Shown here piece after piece: positions 5,620-6,499 of a stretch of DNA of 6,499 nt (position 1 is the stretch's first letter; every line of letters begins with the position of its first letter). Both the position numbers and the translations under genes were made by a program. The stretch is from a virus. Lineage: Duplodnaviria; Heunggongvirae; Uroviricota; Caudoviricetes. Where the stretch lies: IMG/VR virus record IMGVR_UViG_2713896779_000013. One strand, written 5' to 3'. The notes beneath the pieces are model-generated. The model had not been told where the DNA came from. It was given only the letters and a program-made list of their open reading frames with translations, and ran no database searches.

Positions 5620-6077
5620 GAGAGGTTAACTATGAGGCGCTTCGTGAGGCAGCACAAAACTATCAGTCGACGCTGGCGTGGTATCAGGCTACCCCGGACA
5701 GCCCAAATGCTGAACGGGATTGTGATGCGGCTCTTGCTGCGTTTAAGCGTCATATCCGTCATCGGGAAGCGGATATTATCGCTGGTTTGCTGGATGGACT
5801 GGAAGAAGCAAAATCACAACTCAACGAGCAGCGTGAGTATTACGAAGGCGTTATCTCTGATGGGAGCAAGCGTATTGCTGAACTGGATGCGCGGGAAGTT
5901 CAATTACCGACTCGCTACGACCTTCGATATGGACACCCGATAAATGCAGATGAGCGACATGTCATGATACCTAAAGAAAATGGCAGTTGGCTTTACCTGA
6001 TTGACCTAGAACACGCATTACGCGTCGCTGGCATTCGCATCAAAGGAGAGGAGCATGGAAATAAAACCAGAGGATGA
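5616..6077 (+). CDS. hypothetical protein (~153 aa), possibly Ead/Ea22-like
   Basis: ATG 5616 overlaps the upstream stop (ATGA). N-terminus MREVNYEALREAAQNYQ... resembles what I recall of the conserved N-terminus of Ead/Ea22-like prophage proteins; the family call is tentative. Confidence 0.6.
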   Translation: MREVNYEALREAAQNYQSTLAWYQATPDSPNAERDCDAALAAFKRHIRHREADIIAGLLDGLEEAKSQLNEQREYYEGVISDGSKRIAELDAREVQLPTRYDLRYGHPINADERHVMIPKENGSWLYLIDLEHALRVAGIRIKGEEHGNKTRG

Positions 6078-6411
6078 GTTAAGCAATATCGTTTTATTTC
6101 CGGTAAAAGAGGATGACCCTCGTAATCAGGTTAATTTTCTTTATGAGCCATCGGAAAGACCATATTGTCATCACGCCTCTGTCCGGGTTGACGAAAAAGA
6201 GCGTCAGGTCCGCTGTAAAATCTGCGGTGCAGTTGTGGAGCCATTTGACTGGATGCTCTCTGTGGCGAAAAGAGAAACTAGGCTGGCAGATGATGTAAAG
6301 CTATTGCGCCAGGAGGAACAGGAAAGGCGGAAAAATATAGAAAAGTTAATTCAGATTGAGCGTAACGCGAAAGCGCGGATACGCAGGGTGACAAAATCCA
6401 GAACTGAATAA
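6055..6411 (+). CDS. hypothetical zinc-ribbon protein with basic, probably coiled-coil C-terminus (~118 aa)
   Basis: ATG 6055 with GGAGAGGAG immediately upstream; overlaps the previous gene by 23 nt. Putative metal ligands C-H-H ...(13 aa)... C-K-I-C (YCHHASVRVDEKERQVRCKICG), followed by a charged segment LRQEEQERRKNIEKLIQIERNAKARIRR. Stop TAA 6409-6411. Confidence 0.6.
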   Translation: MEIKPEDELSNIVLFPVKEDDPRNQVNFLYEPSERPYCHHASVRVDEKERQVRCKICGAVVEPFDWMLSVAKRETRLADDVKLLRQEEQERRKNIEKLIQIERNAKARIRRVTKSRTE

Positions 6412-6461
6412 ATAAATTTAGCGCTGTAAATAAAATCTAATCCTTAACTGGAGGTATATTT

Positions 6462-6499
6462 ATGTTAAATACACAGAAAGCCATTAATGCGGAAAAATA
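6462..6499 (+). CDS. start of a further rightward gene (partial, runs off window end)
   Basis: ATG 6462 preceded by GGAGG at 6450-6454 (spacer 7 nt); translation MLNTQKAINAEK... with only 12 codons visible. Confidence 0.3.
   Translation, partial: MLNTQKAINAEK

Noticed and set aside
5632-6298. Plus-strand ORFs 5632..5943 and 6113..6298
   Set aside because: Alternative frames nested inside the 5616..6077 and 6055..6411 genes, which have coupled starts and more protein-like translations.
1-6499. tRNA, rRNA, CRISPR array, integrase or transposase
   Set aside because: No spacer-repeat arrays, no cloverleaf-compatible tRNA, and no ORF with recombinase or transposase hallmarks; the window appears to be internal to the prophage.

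Overview
This window looks like the immunity and early region of a Rac-like lambdoid prophage from an enterobacterial genome. Reading left to right: a leftward early operon of small unrecognised genes (1-2087, minus strand), a leftward pL-like promoter with ATTAGGC-type operator repeats, a RacR-like repressor (2325-2801, minus), a divergent operator/promoter region, then rightward Cro-like YdaS, CII-like YdaT, a YdaU-like DUF1376 replication initiator carrying internal iteron-like repeats, and four translationally coupled small genes (a DUF4406 protein, a possible Ea22-like protein, a zinc-ribbon protein and one unassigned). Three 50-nt N-runs (227-276, 4308-4357, 4824-4873) break two genes, so their frames and ends are uncertain. 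I found no rRNA, tRNA, CRISPR array or recognisable transposase. Family assignments are from reading the translations and from memory of the E. coli K-12 Rac locus; no database search was run. I did not identify a clear new system; the strongest candidates for follow-up are the putative origin inside the replication gene and the unrecognised convergent gene pair just downstream of pL. Around 4081-4141 my reading of the sequence and the supplied ORF track disagree by one base, so coordinates there are +/-1.
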